61,759 nt of DNA from Desulfobaccales bacterium (GCA_030694005.1 JAUXZG010000084.1:1-61759), one strand, 5' to 3'. Shown: positions 7,350 through 18,068, numbered from the stretch's first letter. Numbers and translations are program-made. The notes: generated from the sequence alone by a model not told the origin.

Positions 7350-9092
7350 TTAGAAGAGCCCGTAGGCCTTCATTTTTCGCCACAGCGAGCTGCGGCTGAT
7401 TCCCAGGGAGCGGGCCGCCGCCTCCCGGCGCCCCCGGGCCTTTTGCAGGGCCTTCTGAATCGTCAGGCGTTCATCTTCCCAAAGGTAGCCGGACTTGCTC
7501 ACCTCCCGAATCAGGGGGAGGTTGGGACCCAGGGTCAAAGATGCTTCCATATCAGGCAGATGGGATTTGGTGATAATCGGCCCTTTGACAAAGACAAAGG
7601 CATATTCCAAAACCCGCTCCAGTTCCCGCACATTCCCCGGCCAGGAATACTTCTGGAACATGGTCATGACTTTGGGGTCCACCCCCCGCACCTCTTTTTT
7701 GTACTTGCGGTTGAGGCGGGCCACGAAATGGTTGACCAGCAGCGGGATATCCTCCACCCGTTCCCTTAAGGGCGGGAGATACAGGGGCACGGTCCGCAGA
7801 CGGTACAAAAGGTCCATGCGGAATCGCCCCTGGCGCACCTCCTGGAGCAGGTTGCGGCTGGTGGCGGCGATCACCCGGGCCTCCAAGGGGATGGGCCGGT
7901 TGCTGCCCACCCGTTCAAAGACCCTTTCCTCCAGGACCCTGAGGAGTTTGGTCTGGAGCTCGGGTTTGAGATCGGCAATTTCGTCCAGAAATAAAGTTCC
8001 ACCTTTGGCCAGCTCCAACCTCCCCACCTTGTGGCTGATGGCCCCGGTAAAAGCGCCTTTCACATGGCCGAACAATTCTGATTCAATCAAGGTCTCAACC
8101 AAAGCCGAACAATTAAAGGCTACGAAGGGCCCCCGGGCCCAGGGGCTTTGCCGGTGAATGGCCAGGGCCAAAAGGTCCTTGCCCGTGCCCGACTCCCCTT
8201 CCAGGACCACCGAGGCCTCAGAGGCAGCCACATCGGGCAGCAGGTCCAGCAACTGCCTTAAGGCGGGATGCTGTCCGATGATCTCCACTTCCCGGGGTGG
8301 CGGCGGCAAATCTGCACCGGGAACCTGCACCCGGGACAGGGGCTTAAAGGTCTGGACCGCCCCGACAATCACTTCTCTGCGGTTCTTGATGGCAGAGCTG
8401 TCAACCAGGATGGTGAGGCGGCGCCCGCCTTTATTGACAATGTGCACGTCCTGGTCCGTGCGGGTCACCCCGTCTTCCAGGGTGGCTTTGAGGAAGCAGC
8501 CGGCTCTGCAGCGGTCGGCTTTGAAGATATCCCAGCAGTATTGGCCCAGGACCTCCTCCCGCCTAAAACCGGTGATTTCCTGGGCCATCTTGTTGAAACC
8601 GGTGATGCGCCGGCGGTTGTTCACCGTGAAGATCCCCCCGGCAAAGTTTTCAAATACCGCTTCGGGGTCGATATCCAGGCCGTTATTGGCCCAGGTGGAC
8701 CAGGCCCTGGTAAGGGTGTTGTCCCTAAAGGTCAGGACGGCGCCGATGATCTTGTCCTCCGGACTATACAGGGGAGCCACCGAGTAGTTAAGGAAGTGGG
8801 TGGCGCCCGATGCCAGGTGGACCTGGGCCATCAGGTTGGCGCGGCTGGTGCCGGCCTTTAGGGCCTCCTTAAGCGCCAACTCAGCCTGGGGGAGATATTG
8901 CTCACCAAAGAGCTGGTCCAGAGGCAAGGTCTGGCCGCGACTCAGTTTTCTCTTGAGGAGTCGTTCGGTTTGGAGGGAGGCGGACAGGATTTGCCGCGAG
9001 GGGGAAATGATCAAGACGCCGTCACCCTCGGGCAGGTCCTCAAAATTGTTGGTTCCCTGGACCATCTGGAACCTTTGGCCTGGAGGTGCCAA
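7350..9092 (-). CDS. Sigma-54-dependent transcriptional activator (PAS-PAS-AAA+-Fis HTH)
   Basis: 580-aa ORF with GESGTGKDLLALAIH (Walker A), the GAFTGA motif (GHVKGAFTGA), and a C-terminal ARSLGISRSSLWRKMKAYGL helix-turn-helix. Confidence 0.92.
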   Translation of the reverse strand: MAPPGQRFQMVQGTNNFEDLPEGDGVLIISPSRQILSASLQTERLLKRKLSRGQTLPLDQLFGEQYLPQAELALKEALKAGTSRANLMAQVHLASGATHFLNYSVAPLYSPEDKIIGAVLTFRDNTLTRAWSTWANNGLDIDPEAVFENFAGGIFTVNNRRRITGFNKMAQEITGFRREEVLGQYCWDIFKADRCRAGCFLKATLEDGVTRTDQDVHIVNKGGRRLTILVDSSAIKNRREVIVGAVQTFKPLSRVQVPGADLPPPPREVEIIGQHPALRQLLDLLPDVAASEASVVLEGESGTGKDLLALAIHRQSPWARGPFVAFNCSALVETLIESELFGHVKGAFTGAISHKVGRLELAKGGTLFLDEIADLKPELQTKLLRVLEERVFERVGSNRPIPLEARVIAATSRNLLQEVRQGRFRMDLLYRLRTVPLYLPPLRERVEDIPLLVNHFVARLNRKYKKEVRGVDPKVMTMFQKYSWPGNVRELERVLEYAFVFVKGPIITKSHLPDMEASLTLGPNLPLIREVSKSGYLWEDERLTIQKALQKARGRREAAARSLGISRSSLWRKMKAYGLF

Positions 9093-9398
9093 CCCGCGCC
9101 GCGGCAGATCCAGGTAAGTAGGGGTTTTTAAAGGGTCAGGAAAAGCCCCCAGTTTTTTTATCTGATTTTAACAATAGCATCAACTAACCAAAACTTCAAA
9201 CAAATCTTAGGCCATTGTTTCACACTTGACACGAGATGTCTGGCTTCCGGTCCCCAAGATTAAACCTTATATCAACGGAAAATCAAAATTATCACCCAGG
9301 ATCGCTGAGCGGTTAAAAGTTTCGGGGGTTGGAGATAATTTTACGGGAGATTAGCCTTGCGAAGAGACCAGAAAGATTCATAATAAATTTAACATATC

Positions 9399-10145
9399 AT
9401 GGATGTCATAGAGATAATTACCAAAAGCGCCCTGGTTAGGTCAAAAATATCCGGCGTGGACTATGTGATCAACCCTTTTCTGGGGTGCGGCCACGGCTGC
9501 CGCTACTGCTATGCGGTCTTCATGCGAAAATACTCCCACCATCATCGTCAGGCTCCCTGGGGGACCTTCGTGGAGGTAAAGGTAAACCTGGTCGAGGTGT
9601 TGCGTTCAGAACTTCGCAGAAAAAAGCACCGGGGCCGGGCCCTACTTTCTAGTGTCTGCGATCCCTATCAACCCGTGGAACTTAAGTATCAATTGACGCG
9701 CCGATGTCTGGAAACCTTGAGGGATTATGGCTGGGGCATCGATATCCTGACCAGATCGCCCCTGGTAACCCGTGATCTGGATATTCTTGCGGAAATGCCT
9801 GAGGTTACCGTGGGGCTTTCCATCCCTACCGATAACGACCAAGTTCGCAAAGTCCTGGAGCCCAATGCTCCTCCTCTAGGGGCCCGCCTGACCGCTTTGC
9901 AACGATTGCATGAGGCCGGTATCCCTACCTGGGTATTCATAGCCCCTATCCTGCCCATGAATCCCAGAAAGCTTTATGAAGCTATTTCGGCATATATAAC
10001 TCATCTAAGGGTTGATCCACTTAACTACCGGAATCAGGTAGAGGAGATATTTCGCAGAAATCAATGGGATTATGCGCTCACCGATAAATATGCCGCTCAA
10101 ACCCGCGCCGCTTTACTCCGGATGTGGGCGAATAAGGTAAACTGA
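9399..10145 (+). CDS. Radical SAM protein (SplB/COG1533-like)
   Basis: 248-aa ORF with INPFLGCGHGCRYCYA, the CxxxCxxC radical SAM cluster motif in COG1533 context. Confidence 0.75.
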   Translation: MDVIEIITKSALVRSKISGVDYVINPFLGCGHGCRYCYAVFMRKYSHHHRQAPWGTFVEVKVNLVEVLRSELRRKKHRGRALLSSVCDPYQPVELKYQLTRRCLETLRDYGWGIDILTRSPLVTRDLDILAEMPEVTVGLSIPTDNDQVRKVLEPNAPPLGARLTALQRLHEAGIPTWVFIAPILPMNPRKLYEAISAYITHLRVDPLNYRNQVEEIFRRNQWDYALTDKYAAQTRAALLRMWANKVN

Positions 10146-10452
10146 CTTTGGAACAACCCAGATTAACTTGCCGGCAGTGGTTTTTGATAGGAAGTGGCTA
10201 GCTTGAATTGTGATGACTTAGATTTAAATTGACCATCACCAAATAGAATTCAGATCATATCTGACCTATAGGCGACTATGTCCAGAATCCAAATATTATA
10301 AGCATATCAAAACATTTTTTTGGGTCGCAAACCGGCGATATAGGGCAGTGATCAAGCTTCGCCTGCACCATCCTTCGTCCGCCCTACTTCTGGCGCCAGG
10401 GGTAATGAAGTGGCTCCGGTTATCTTGGACACGGGAATGTGTTATTGAACTG

Positions 10453-13400
10453 TCAGGCGCTGTCCACGTCGGCGGCCACCACCCGGTCCCGGCCTTCTCT
10501 TTTGGCCTGATAGAGGGCGGCGTCGGCCGCTCGGATCAGGACATCGGCAGATTCGCCGTGCCCCGGGAAGACAGCCACCCCGGCAGAAATAGTGACGGGG
10601 TGCAAAAACTTGCCCGGGTGCTGCTCATGGAGCTGTTTGACGCCCAGGCGCAATTGTTCGGTTCGCCCTAAGGTAACCTCAAGAGAGGCCCCGGCGATGA
10701 TGAGCAAAAACTCCTCCCCACCGAACCGGCAGGGGATGTCTTCCGCCCTAACCAGGCTCAGGATCAAATTGCCCAAGGCCACCAGCAGTTCATCGCCGGC
10801 ATTGTGTCCGAAGTTGTCATTGTATTGTTTGAAGTGGTCCAGATCTATCATGACCACTCCCAGGTGGATGCCCTGGCGTTTGACCCTATGTAACTCCCGG
10901 TCCAGGGTCTCTTCCAGGTACCGGCGGTTGAACAACCCGGTGAGGGGGTCCCGGATGGCCTGGTGGCGCAGGGTTTCCCGCAGCTTCAGGTTGGCCAGAG
11001 ATAGCCCCAGGTGTTCGGCCACGATGACGGCTAATTGCAGCCTGGACTCGGCCTGGGTTTTCAACTCCTCCGCCGTCAGGCCCAGGGTCCTGGGGGGGCC
11101 GAGGCGCACGTGCAGGACCCCGGGGGCTTCCCTCTGCATCATCATGGGCACGCACAGATAGTCGCCGGACCAGGAATCGGTTATATGGCGGCAAGGCAAT
11201 TCGGGGTGGCTCGCGGTCACCAGGTGGAGCCGGTTGCGCCGCACCGACCAGCAATCGTCCGGCGCAAAAACCGCTTCCGCCGGCGGCGATTCCCCCCACG
11301 CGGCCACCGCCTCAAAGTAGGTTTGGGAACTGTTGAGCAAGTACAGCGCCCCGGAATCATCCGGGAAGAGCTTGGCGGCGGACAGGGAGATGGCCGCGTA
11401 AGCTTCCTCGGCGGTGTGACAGGATTGGAGCACGTCATCCACGTCTTTGAGTAAAGACATCGTGCGGTGGCGTTCTTCGGTTTCGGCCACCATGCGCCTG
11501 AGGTGGTCATTGACCCGGGCCAGGGCCTCCTCATCCCGGCGGCGCCGGGTGATGTCTTTGAACACCACCACCGTGCCCACTGTCTGTCCCCGGTCCATGA
11601 CCGGGGTGGCCGTGTACTCCACCGGGAAGCCTTGGCCATCCTTGCGCCAGAAGAAATCGTCGCTCACCCGGTGGGTTTCGCCACTCTGAAGTGCGGCATA
11701 TACGGGACAGTCCTCTCGGAGATGCGGGGTCCCATCCTCTCTCGTATGGTGAATGAGGTCATGCATGGGCCGACCCACCAGTTCCCTGAGCTCATAGCCG
11801 ATCATTGCCGCGGCCGCAGGATTGGCGAAGGTCACTTCGCCTTGCCGGTTCAGCCCGAAGATCCCTTCCCCCGCAGCCTGCAGGATCATCTCCTGCTGCT
11901 CCCGCAGCTGTTCCAGCTCTTGCTCTACCCTCTTGTGGGCCGTGATATCGGAAAACACCCCGTTGACCTGGTCAATCCGGCCCTGTGGATCGCAAAAAAT
12001 CCGTCCCCGCTCCCTCACCCAGTGAACCTCGCCGTTTTTCGCTCTGATGCGGTACTCCCGGACATAGGCTCGGGTTGACTTCAAGGCTTCTAGAAAAATC
12101 TCTTTTATCGGGTTAAGGTCTTCGGCCAGGACGATATCGGACCATTTCAGCCGCCGGGCATTAAAGTCCTCTTTGCTGTAGCCGGTTATTTCCTCGACTT
12201 TATCGTCCAGGAAATCCACGGCCCAATCGGCGTAGCCGGTAAAAACCACCGCGGGGATATTGGCCAGCAGCAGCCGGTACTTCTGTTCGCTCTCCCGCAG
12301 GGCCTCTTCCGCCTGGCGGCGCTGGGTGATATCGGTCCCCGTACCGATGAGGTATGGTGCCCCATCCAATATGACTCGCAGGCCGGTGAAGATATAGGGG
12401 GTTTTGCTGCCGTCTTTGGAGATCAAGTCTGCTTCTGCCGCAGATTCTCCTGTTACAAAAACCTCCCGGATTTTCTCATCGATCTTCTTTTTATCTTCGC
12501 CACCAAAAAAATCCAACGGGTGCATGCCGGCAAATTCTTCGGCCGAGTAGCCGGTAGCTCGCTCAAAGTTCTCATTCCAACGCAGAAATCTTCCCTGTTC
12601 ATCAAAAAGATAAAAGATGCCGGGCAGACTATCTATGGTAGTGTCAGAGAAGAGCTTCTCCTCTAGTAAATTGTCCTCGATCTGCTTGCGGGTCGTAAGG
12701 TCCCGAACAAACACCCACATTACCGAAGGCTGCCCTCCATCGTCCTGGACCAGATAGGTTTGCAGTTCCACCGGCAATACCGAGCCGTCCCGGCGACGAT
12801 ACCCCTTCTCATAAAGGTCGGAATACCCCCGGGGCAGCACCTGCTCGGCAATGATCCGGGCTTCCTGCTCTCGCCAGGTTTCCGGAGTAAGATCCCGGTG
12901 GGAAAGCTTGACCAACTCTTCGGGCGGGTAACCCAGCATGGCCTGGAAAGCCGGATTCCATTCCACGATTTTCCCACTCAGGTCCACTACCGCGGAGCCG
13001 TCTCGGAGGTTTCCGTACAATTGGCGAAACCGGTTCTCGGATCGCTGTACCCGCAAAGTGGACTCGATGGTCAAGCCCATGGTGGTTAACAGGCTCAGCA
13101 CTACGAGACACGAGAGAATGGCGATACTGAGGCCCAGCATTCGGGCCACGGCGATGGGGCGGGAGGAGGTGAGAATCACGATGGACCAGTCCTGAAAGGG
13201 GAGCGGCTGCCGCAGGACCAGATAGCGCCGGCCCTGGAACCGGCAATCACCCCCGTCCCCCGGCGCCTGCTCCAGGATGGGGGCAAAGGGGCCGGGGCCA
13301 AACTGGCGGGAAGCGCTCAACTGCTCCCGCATTGCGGCGGACAGGGGCCAGAGGCTTTTCAAGTGCATGTCCAGCCGGTTGGTTAGGGTCACGACCCCAT

Positions 13401-14688
13401 GCGCATCGATAATCACAGCCAGGGCTTCTTGCGGGAATAAGCCTTTCAGGTCATTCATGATTCTATTGATTACCGCGACCCCGATGATCTCGCCGCGGTC
13501 GTCCCGCACCGGAAAGCTGGTGTAGTAGCCCAGTTCTCCGGAGGTCACCCCCAAAGCCCAATAGCTGCCCTTGGCCCCCTGCAAGGCTTGCCGGTAGTAG
13601 GGGCGGCACGCATAGGACTTGCCCAGGAAACTGTCCGGAGCCAAGCGGTTGGAAGAGGCGACGGTCAGACCCTCCCGGTCCAGCACATACATGATGGCGC
13701 ACGGCAGGGAGGCGTGCTGCTGGTCCAGGACTGCATTGGCCTGGTCGAGGTTCTGCGAAGTGCGGGAGGCCAGGTAGGAGATAATCCCCGGACAGCCGGC
13801 CAGGGCGGCCACCAGGTGATCGGCTTCCGTCATCTTATCCGTCAGGGAGACTTCCAGCACTTGGCCGTGGTGCTCTTGATCAGTCCTTACTTCCCTGGCG
13901 GCGGCGCGGCCGAGATATTGGGTGACGCACCAGCCGGTGATCACCAGGACCAGGACGCTCACCACGGTTCCCACCATCAGGTTGCGCCCCCACTTCTGGA
14001 GGCGGCTCTGCTTCTCTCGGCCCAGGGAGGCCACGGCAAACAACGAGAGACAGGCGCTGAGGCCGACGGCCAGAAAACCGCGCCCCAGTTGGATGGGCAC
14101 GCCCGTTGCGGCCAGGAAGACCTCGGTGTTGAGCCACGAGGCGGGGAAAAACGGGGCGGGGTCCACCACCAGGCCGGCAGCCGCGGCATAGCCGGCCAGG
14201 CAGAGGGCCGCACCCTGGAGAGCGCCCCGGCCTGGGGCGGCGCGGGGGGCGGCCTGCCATAACGCGACCGCGGCCCCCAAAGCGCCCACCAGCCCCAGGG
14301 AATAACGGGCTGACGCCCGGACGCCGGGAAGGCCGGCGAAGGCTCCCAACAGGGCCAACCCCAGGAGTACGGCCAGGACCCAGCGCCCCGGACCGCGGCC
14401 CCGGAGCATGATCAGGCCGGCTCGCCCGAATTCCGCCAGCAGCAGAAAAGACAGGATCAGCAGGCCCAGCCTGACCACATCAAAAACGGCATCAGTCCCC
14501 AGGCTCAGGGCCACCAGGTCCAGCCATTCCAGCAGCCCGTGGGTGGCCCCGAACAGCAGCAGCCACATCCAGGGGAGCGAACTCCGGGGTCGGCGGTGCA
14601 GATACAGGCAGATGGGCAAGAGGAGGAAAAACCCCAGCCCGTAAACGAAGTAAATGAAATCTATCTGGCCCCTGAGAAAATCAGTCAT
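10453..14688 (-). CDS. Multidomain membrane sensor diguanylate cyclase (TM region, Cache-like periplasmic domain, several PAS, GAF, GGDEF)
   Basis: 1411-aa ORF. It has multiple N-terminal hydrophobic helices and repeated PAS-like blocks. The C-terminus carries RAEDIPCRFGGEEF (an active GGEEF plus an RxxD I-site). Confidence 0.9.
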   Translation of the reverse strand: MTDFLRGQIDFIYFVYGLGFFLLLPICLYLHRRPRSSLPWMWLLLFGATHGLLEWLDLVALSLGTDAVFDVVRLGLLILSFLLLAEFGRAGLIMLRGRGPGRWVLAVLLGLALLGAFAGLPGVRASARYSLGLVGALGAAVALWQAAPRAAPGRGALQGAALCLAGYAAAAGLVVDPAPFFPASWLNTEVFLAATGVPIQLGRGFLAVGLSACLSLFAVASLGREKQSRLQKWGRNLMVGTVVSVLVLVITGWCVTQYLGRAAAREVRTDQEHHGQVLEVSLTDKMTEADHLVAALAGCPGIISYLASRTSQNLDQANAVLDQQHASLPCAIMYVLDREGLTVASSNRLAPDSFLGKSYACRPYYRQALQGAKGSYWALGVTSGELGYYTSFPVRDDRGEIIGVAVINRIMNDLKGLFPQEALAVIIDAHGVVTLTNRLDMHLKSLWPLSAAMREQLSASRQFGPGPFAPILEQAPGDGGDCRFQGRRYLVLRQPLPFQDWSIVILTSSRPIAVARMLGLSIAILSCLVVLSLLTTMGLTIESTLRVQRSENRFRQLYGNLRDGSAVVDLSGKIVEWNPAFQAMLGYPPEELVKLSHRDLTPETWREQEARIIAEQVLPRGYSDLYEKGYRRRDGSVLPVELQTYLVQDDGGQPSVMWVFVRDLTTRKQIEDNLLEEKLFSDTTIDSLPGIFYLFDEQGRFLRWNENFERATGYSAEEFAGMHPLDFFGGEDKKKIDEKIREVFVTGESAAEADLISKDGSKTPYIFTGLRVILDGAPYLIGTGTDITQRRQAEEALRESEQKYRLLLANIPAVVFTGYADWAVDFLDDKVEEITGYSKEDFNARRLKWSDIVLAEDLNPIKEIFLEALKSTRAYVREYRIRAKNGEVHWVRERGRIFCDPQGRIDQVNGVFSDITAHKRVEQELEQLREQQEMILQAAGEGIFGLNRQGEVTFANPAAAAMIGYELRELVGRPMHDLIHHTREDGTPHLREDCPVYAALQSGETHRVSDDFFWRKDGQGFPVEYTATPVMDRGQTVGTVVVFKDITRRRRDEEALARVNDHLRRMVAETEERHRTMSLLKDVDDVLQSCHTAEEAYAAISLSAAKLFPDDSGALYLLNSSQTYFEAVAAWGESPPAEAVFAPDDCWSVRRNRLHLVTASHPELPCRHITDSWSGDYLCVPMMMQREAPGVLHVRLGPPRTLGLTAEELKTQAESRLQLAVIVAEHLGLSLANLKLRETLRHQAIRDPLTGLFNRRYLEETLDRELHRVKRQGIHLGVVMIDLDHFKQYNDNFGHNAGDELLVALGNLILSLVRAEDIPCRFGGEEFLLIIAGASLEVTLGRTEQLRLGVKQLHEQHPGKFLHPVTISAGVAVFPGHGESADVLIRAADAALYQAKREGRDRVVAADVDSA

Positions 14689-14867
14689 TACCGACTCCTG
14701 CAGCAGTATCCGGCACGATCAGGACACTGGGAATGGTCAACGCAGTGGGGGAAACCCCATCCCCCGAGGTCAAGGCTTTTCCCAAGGCCAGGACGCCGGC
14801 AACGGCTGGGCTTGGCCGCCCTGGCCGGTAAATCCGGCGGTTCATGGCAATTCTGATGTATCGCGTC

Positions 14868-16673
14868 CTACTCGAACTTGAACCCTTTCTCGGTGAATAA
14901 CTTGAGGCAGGCATCCACCACCTCGGGTTCATAGAGGATGCCCTTATTCTTGGTGATTTCCTCCAGGGCCGCCTCAATCCCCAAGGCCGGCCGGTAAGGC
15001 CGGTGGGAACTCATAGCTTCCACCACGTCGGCCACCGCCAGGATGCGGGCCTCCAGGGTAATATCGGGGCCGGTCAGTCCCTGGGGGTAGCCCGAACCGT
15101 CCATCCGCTCGTGGTGCTGCAGGATAGCCTCGGCCACCGGCCAGGGGAACCGGATTTCTTTGACAATCTCGTAACCGGCCTGGGCATGGGATTTGGTGAG
15201 GCCAAATTCCGTGTCGCTTAATTTCCCCGGTTTGCTGAGAATCTCGGCCGGGGTGCTGATCTTGCCCAGGTCATGGAGCAATCCCATCACCCAGAGGCCG
15301 GCCACCCGGTCGGCTGAGAGCCCCAGTTCCCGGCCCACGGCGCAGGCAAGTTGGGTGACCCGGCGCTGATGCCCGGCGGTGTAGGGGTCCCGCGCTTCGG
15401 TGACCGTGGCCAGGGCCTGAATGGTGCCGTACTGGACTTCCGTTGTCCTGGCCAGGCTTTCCTTTAACGCCTCCTCGGCCTGTTTCTTTTCGGTCAGGTC
15501 CCGCCAGAGGCAATGGAGTACGGTCTTCCCTCGATACGTAATCGCCGTAAGCGAAACTTCGACGGGGAAGTCCTCGCCTCCGGCCTTGCGGTGTATCCAT
15601 TCGAACCGATGGTAACCTTTCTCGAAGGCGGCTTTTATCATCTCACCGGCCTTCTCAAACGAACTGCGCCCATCGGGCTGCTCCGGCGGAGACAACTCCG
15701 AAGGGGGGGTCATCAGGAGGTCATCCCGGCTGGAATATTCGAGCATGCGAACGGCGGCTTCGTTGCAGTCCACGAACGTTTCGCCATCGATCAGCATTAT
15801 GGCGTCCTCGGAAGCGTACAGGACGTCCATGAATCGCTTCTCACTTTCCTCTATCGCCGCCTCCGTCTGCTGGCGATCGGTGATATCCCGGGCGATGGAC
15901 AGCACCGCGGGCCGGCCCCGGAGGTCCATCAAGCGGCTGCTGCACTCGGTGGGGATAATCCGCCCGTCCCGGGTGACGAGCTCCGTCTCAAACACGAGGT
16001 GGCCCGTGGCCCGGAGTTGTTCCAGGATCTCAGCCCGCCGGGCGACATACTCCGGAGAGGTCACATCGCGCCCGGTAAGGTTCAGCAATTCGTCCCGGGT
16101 ATAGCCCAGAAGGCGGCAGGCCTCCTCATTCACCTCCAGCAGGCGTCCTTCCAGGTTGTTGATGAAGATGGCATCCCCGGCGGTTTGGAACAGGGTCCGG
16201 TAGCAGTGTGCCGCGTCCCGCAATTCTTGGGTGCGTTCCCGGACCGTCTCTTCCAGGTGGTCCCGCTCCCGGCGGAGGGCGTTCTCCGCGGCCCGGAGCC
16301 GCAGCATGACCCTGAGCTTGGCGGCCAGTTCGACATTGTCGATGGGCTTGGCGATGAAGTCGTCGGCCCCGGCTTCCAGCCCCTGGGCCTTCAATTCGGG
16401 GGTGGCCCCGTGCGCGGTCACCAGGATGACGTGGACGGACGCGGTCCGGGGATCGGCTTTGAGCCGGCGGCACATCTCGATGCCGTTCATGCCCGGCATC
16501 TGTACGTCGATGAGGGCGCCGTCGACGGCCTCGGACGCGGCCAACTCCAGGCCGGCCTCAGCGCTTGGCGCGGCCAGCAGCTTGATGTCTGGCAGATAGG
16601 CCGCCAGCAACTGCTCCAGGACGAAGAGGTTGTCGGGTCGGTCCTCCAAGACCAGGAGTACCGGAACGGTCAT
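14868..16673 (-). CDS. Response regulator receiver - PAS - PAS - HD-GYP phosphodiesterase
   Basis: Track ORF 14868-16856. The start is set at ATG 16673 (MTVPVLLVLEDRPDN, GAAGGAG Shine-Dalgarno). It has a receiver Asp pocket (LIDVQMPGMNG), HDLGK, and HHERMDGSGYP. Confidence 0.88.
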   Translation of the reverse strand: MTVPVLLVLEDRPDNLFVLEQLLAAYLPDIKLLAAPSAEAGLELAASEAVDGALIDVQMPGMNGIEMCRRLKADPRTASVHVILVTAHGATPELKAQGLEAGADDFIAKPIDNVELAAKLRVMLRLRAAENALRRERDHLEETVRERTQELRDAAHCYRTLFQTAGDAIFINNLEGRLLEVNEEACRLLGYTRDELLNLTGRDVTSPEYVARRAEILEQLRATGHLVFETELVTRDGRIIPTECSSRLMDLRGRPAVLSIARDITDRQQTEAAIEESEKRFMDVLYASEDAIMLIDGETFVDCNEAAVRMLEYSSRDDLLMTPPSELSPPEQPDGRSSFEKAGEMIKAAFEKGYHRFEWIHRKAGGEDFPVEVSLTAITYRGKTVLHCLWRDLTEKKQAEEALKESLARTTEVQYGTIQALATVTEARDPYTAGHQRRVTQLACAVGRELGLSADRVAGLWVMGLLHDLGKISTPAEILSKPGKLSDTEFGLTKSHAQAGYEIVKEIRFPWPVAEAILQHHERMDGSGYPQGLTGPDITLEARILAVADVVEAMSSHRPYRPALGIEAALEEITKNKGILYEPEVVDACLKLFTEKGFKFE

Positions 16674-17174
16674 GATCCCTACTCCTTCAGGGTAGTATTC
16701 AACTAGCGGCGGAGGCTGTCTTTTTTTCTCAGGGTAAGTACTTATGTGACCGTGAAAATCCGTCGAGCCGATGAGAAGCTTGGCGCAAAACTCCGTCCCC
16801 AGGCAGGAGCCTGGGAACGAGAGAAAAAAATGCCGGGGCGCACCATAAAGCTTCACCTGATGAATTGCTCATCGGATTTTTGCCTATTCTGCTGAAATTC
16901 TGCAATGGACCTTTAAGCCTCCTCATCCCCCGGGGCGGGCCCATCGTCAGGTTTGCTGTGGTCCAACAACCCCCAGGAGCGCAGTTCCCCTAAGATTCCC
17001 GGCAGGGCGCCGGCCAGGCCCTGGGCCAGCTGGCAAAAAAATTATGGTGGAAAGAAAAATGGATGGATAGCAGGCTATCTTGCCAAAACCGAAACTTCTC
17101 AAAAAATCTGGAAAATTCTTGATATGATCGGCATATCCAAGTCGGCGAATTCCATACTTTTCAAAGAGGTGAAT

Positions 17175-17341
17175 ATGTTAGTCGTCACTCTAAAGTTAGA
17201 TGAATGGTGTTCGTGGGAGAAGGTGTGGCTATCATGGTGGTGGAGATTCGCGGGAAGGAAGTCAAGCTTGGAATAACGGCCCCGCCGGAAATCTCGATAT
17301 CGCGGGAGAAAGTTAAGAAGAAAGAAAAGCAAGAAAAGTGA
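17175..17341 (+). pseudogene. csrA-like gene interrupted by a -1 frameshift
   Basis: ATG 17175 (AGAGGTG Shine-Dalgarno) encodes MLVVTLKLDE, which corresponds to CsrA beta1. The rest (MVFVGEGVAIMVVEIRGKEVKLGITAPPEISISREKVKKKEKQEK, 17204-17341) is in the -1 frame. It aligns residue for residue with the intact CsrA at 50058 ([37 protein letters not shown]). Confidence 0.7.
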
Positions 17342-17458
17342 AGACTCTGTAAAAGATACAAGATAGAATTAATTAACTTGACAAGCCAAATTGAATGGTA
17401 AATATTACTTTATTGATCGCAAACTATTCCACTAATTCAATAAGAAAGGAAGGTTCAA

Positions 17459-17902
17459 ATGGCCAGTGACGTCCTGAAGTTAACGGCGCAGATTGTCATT
17501 TCCCACGCCTCAATGAGCGAACTCACCTCTCCAGAATTAGTGGAGGAAATTAAAGAGGTCTACAATGTCTTGGCGTCTCTGGAAGGTGAAGGTGTAGTCC
17601 CTGAGACCATGGCACCGCAACAGGGCGAAGAAGCCGGGGTGGTGAAGAAACCTTCTATACCTCTAAAAGACATCGTTACCTATAAGCACGTCGTCTGTCT
17701 GGAATGTGGCAAAAAGATGCGAACCTTAAAAGCCCATATCCGCAAAGCCCACCATTTGATGCCGAAAGAATATTTTAAGAGATTTGACCTTGATCCCAAA
17801 AAATATCCTTTGGTATGCCGGGAATATTCAGAGCAGCGGAGCGCCATGGCTAAGAATAGAAGATTTGGTGAGCGCGGAACTCATCATAAGGCGACCAGTT
17901 AA
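17459..17902 (+). CDS. MucR/Ros family zinc-finger transcriptional regulator
   Basis: 147-aa ORF with CLECGKKMRTLKAHIRKAHHLMPKEYFKRFDLDPKKYPLVCREYSEQRSAMAK, the Ros/MucR signature. Confidence 0.85.
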   Translation: MASDVLKLTAQIVISHASMSELTSPELVEEIKEVYNVLASLEGEGVVPETMAPQQGEEAGVVKKPSIPLKDIVTYKHVVCLECGKKMRTLKAHIRKAHHLMPKEYFKRFDLDPKKYPLVCREYSEQRSAMAKNRRFGERGTHHKATS

Positions 17903-17966
17903 GTAAGCGCTCCAATATCCTTCCTTTTAACAAGACTGAAAAGTCGAAAAATTAGAGGAGAAAGCT

Positions 17967-18068
17967 GTGGGAGATAAAGGCAAGAAGGACAAGCGCAAGA
18001 AGGAAGCCAAAAAGCCTAAGAAAGACACTCAGAAGGTCGACAAAAAAGAAAAGCCCAGCAATAAGTAG
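17967..18068 (+). CDS. Possible 33-aa lysine-rich small protein
   Basis: GTG 17967 lies 6 nt after GAGGAG and encodes VGDKGKKDKRKKEAKKPKKDTQKVDKKEKPSNK. It is followed by the hairpin GGGCGGG-N9-CCCGCCC (18087-18109). It falls below the track's length cutoff. Confidence 0.3.
   Translation: MGDKGKKDKRKKEAKKPKKDTQKVDKKEKPSNK

Noticed and set aside
16971-16985. The exact 15-mer CCCCAGGAGCGCAGT is shared between 16971-16985 and 28811-28825.
   Set aside because: One or two chance 15-mer matches are expected in a window this size. The flanks show no further similarity.
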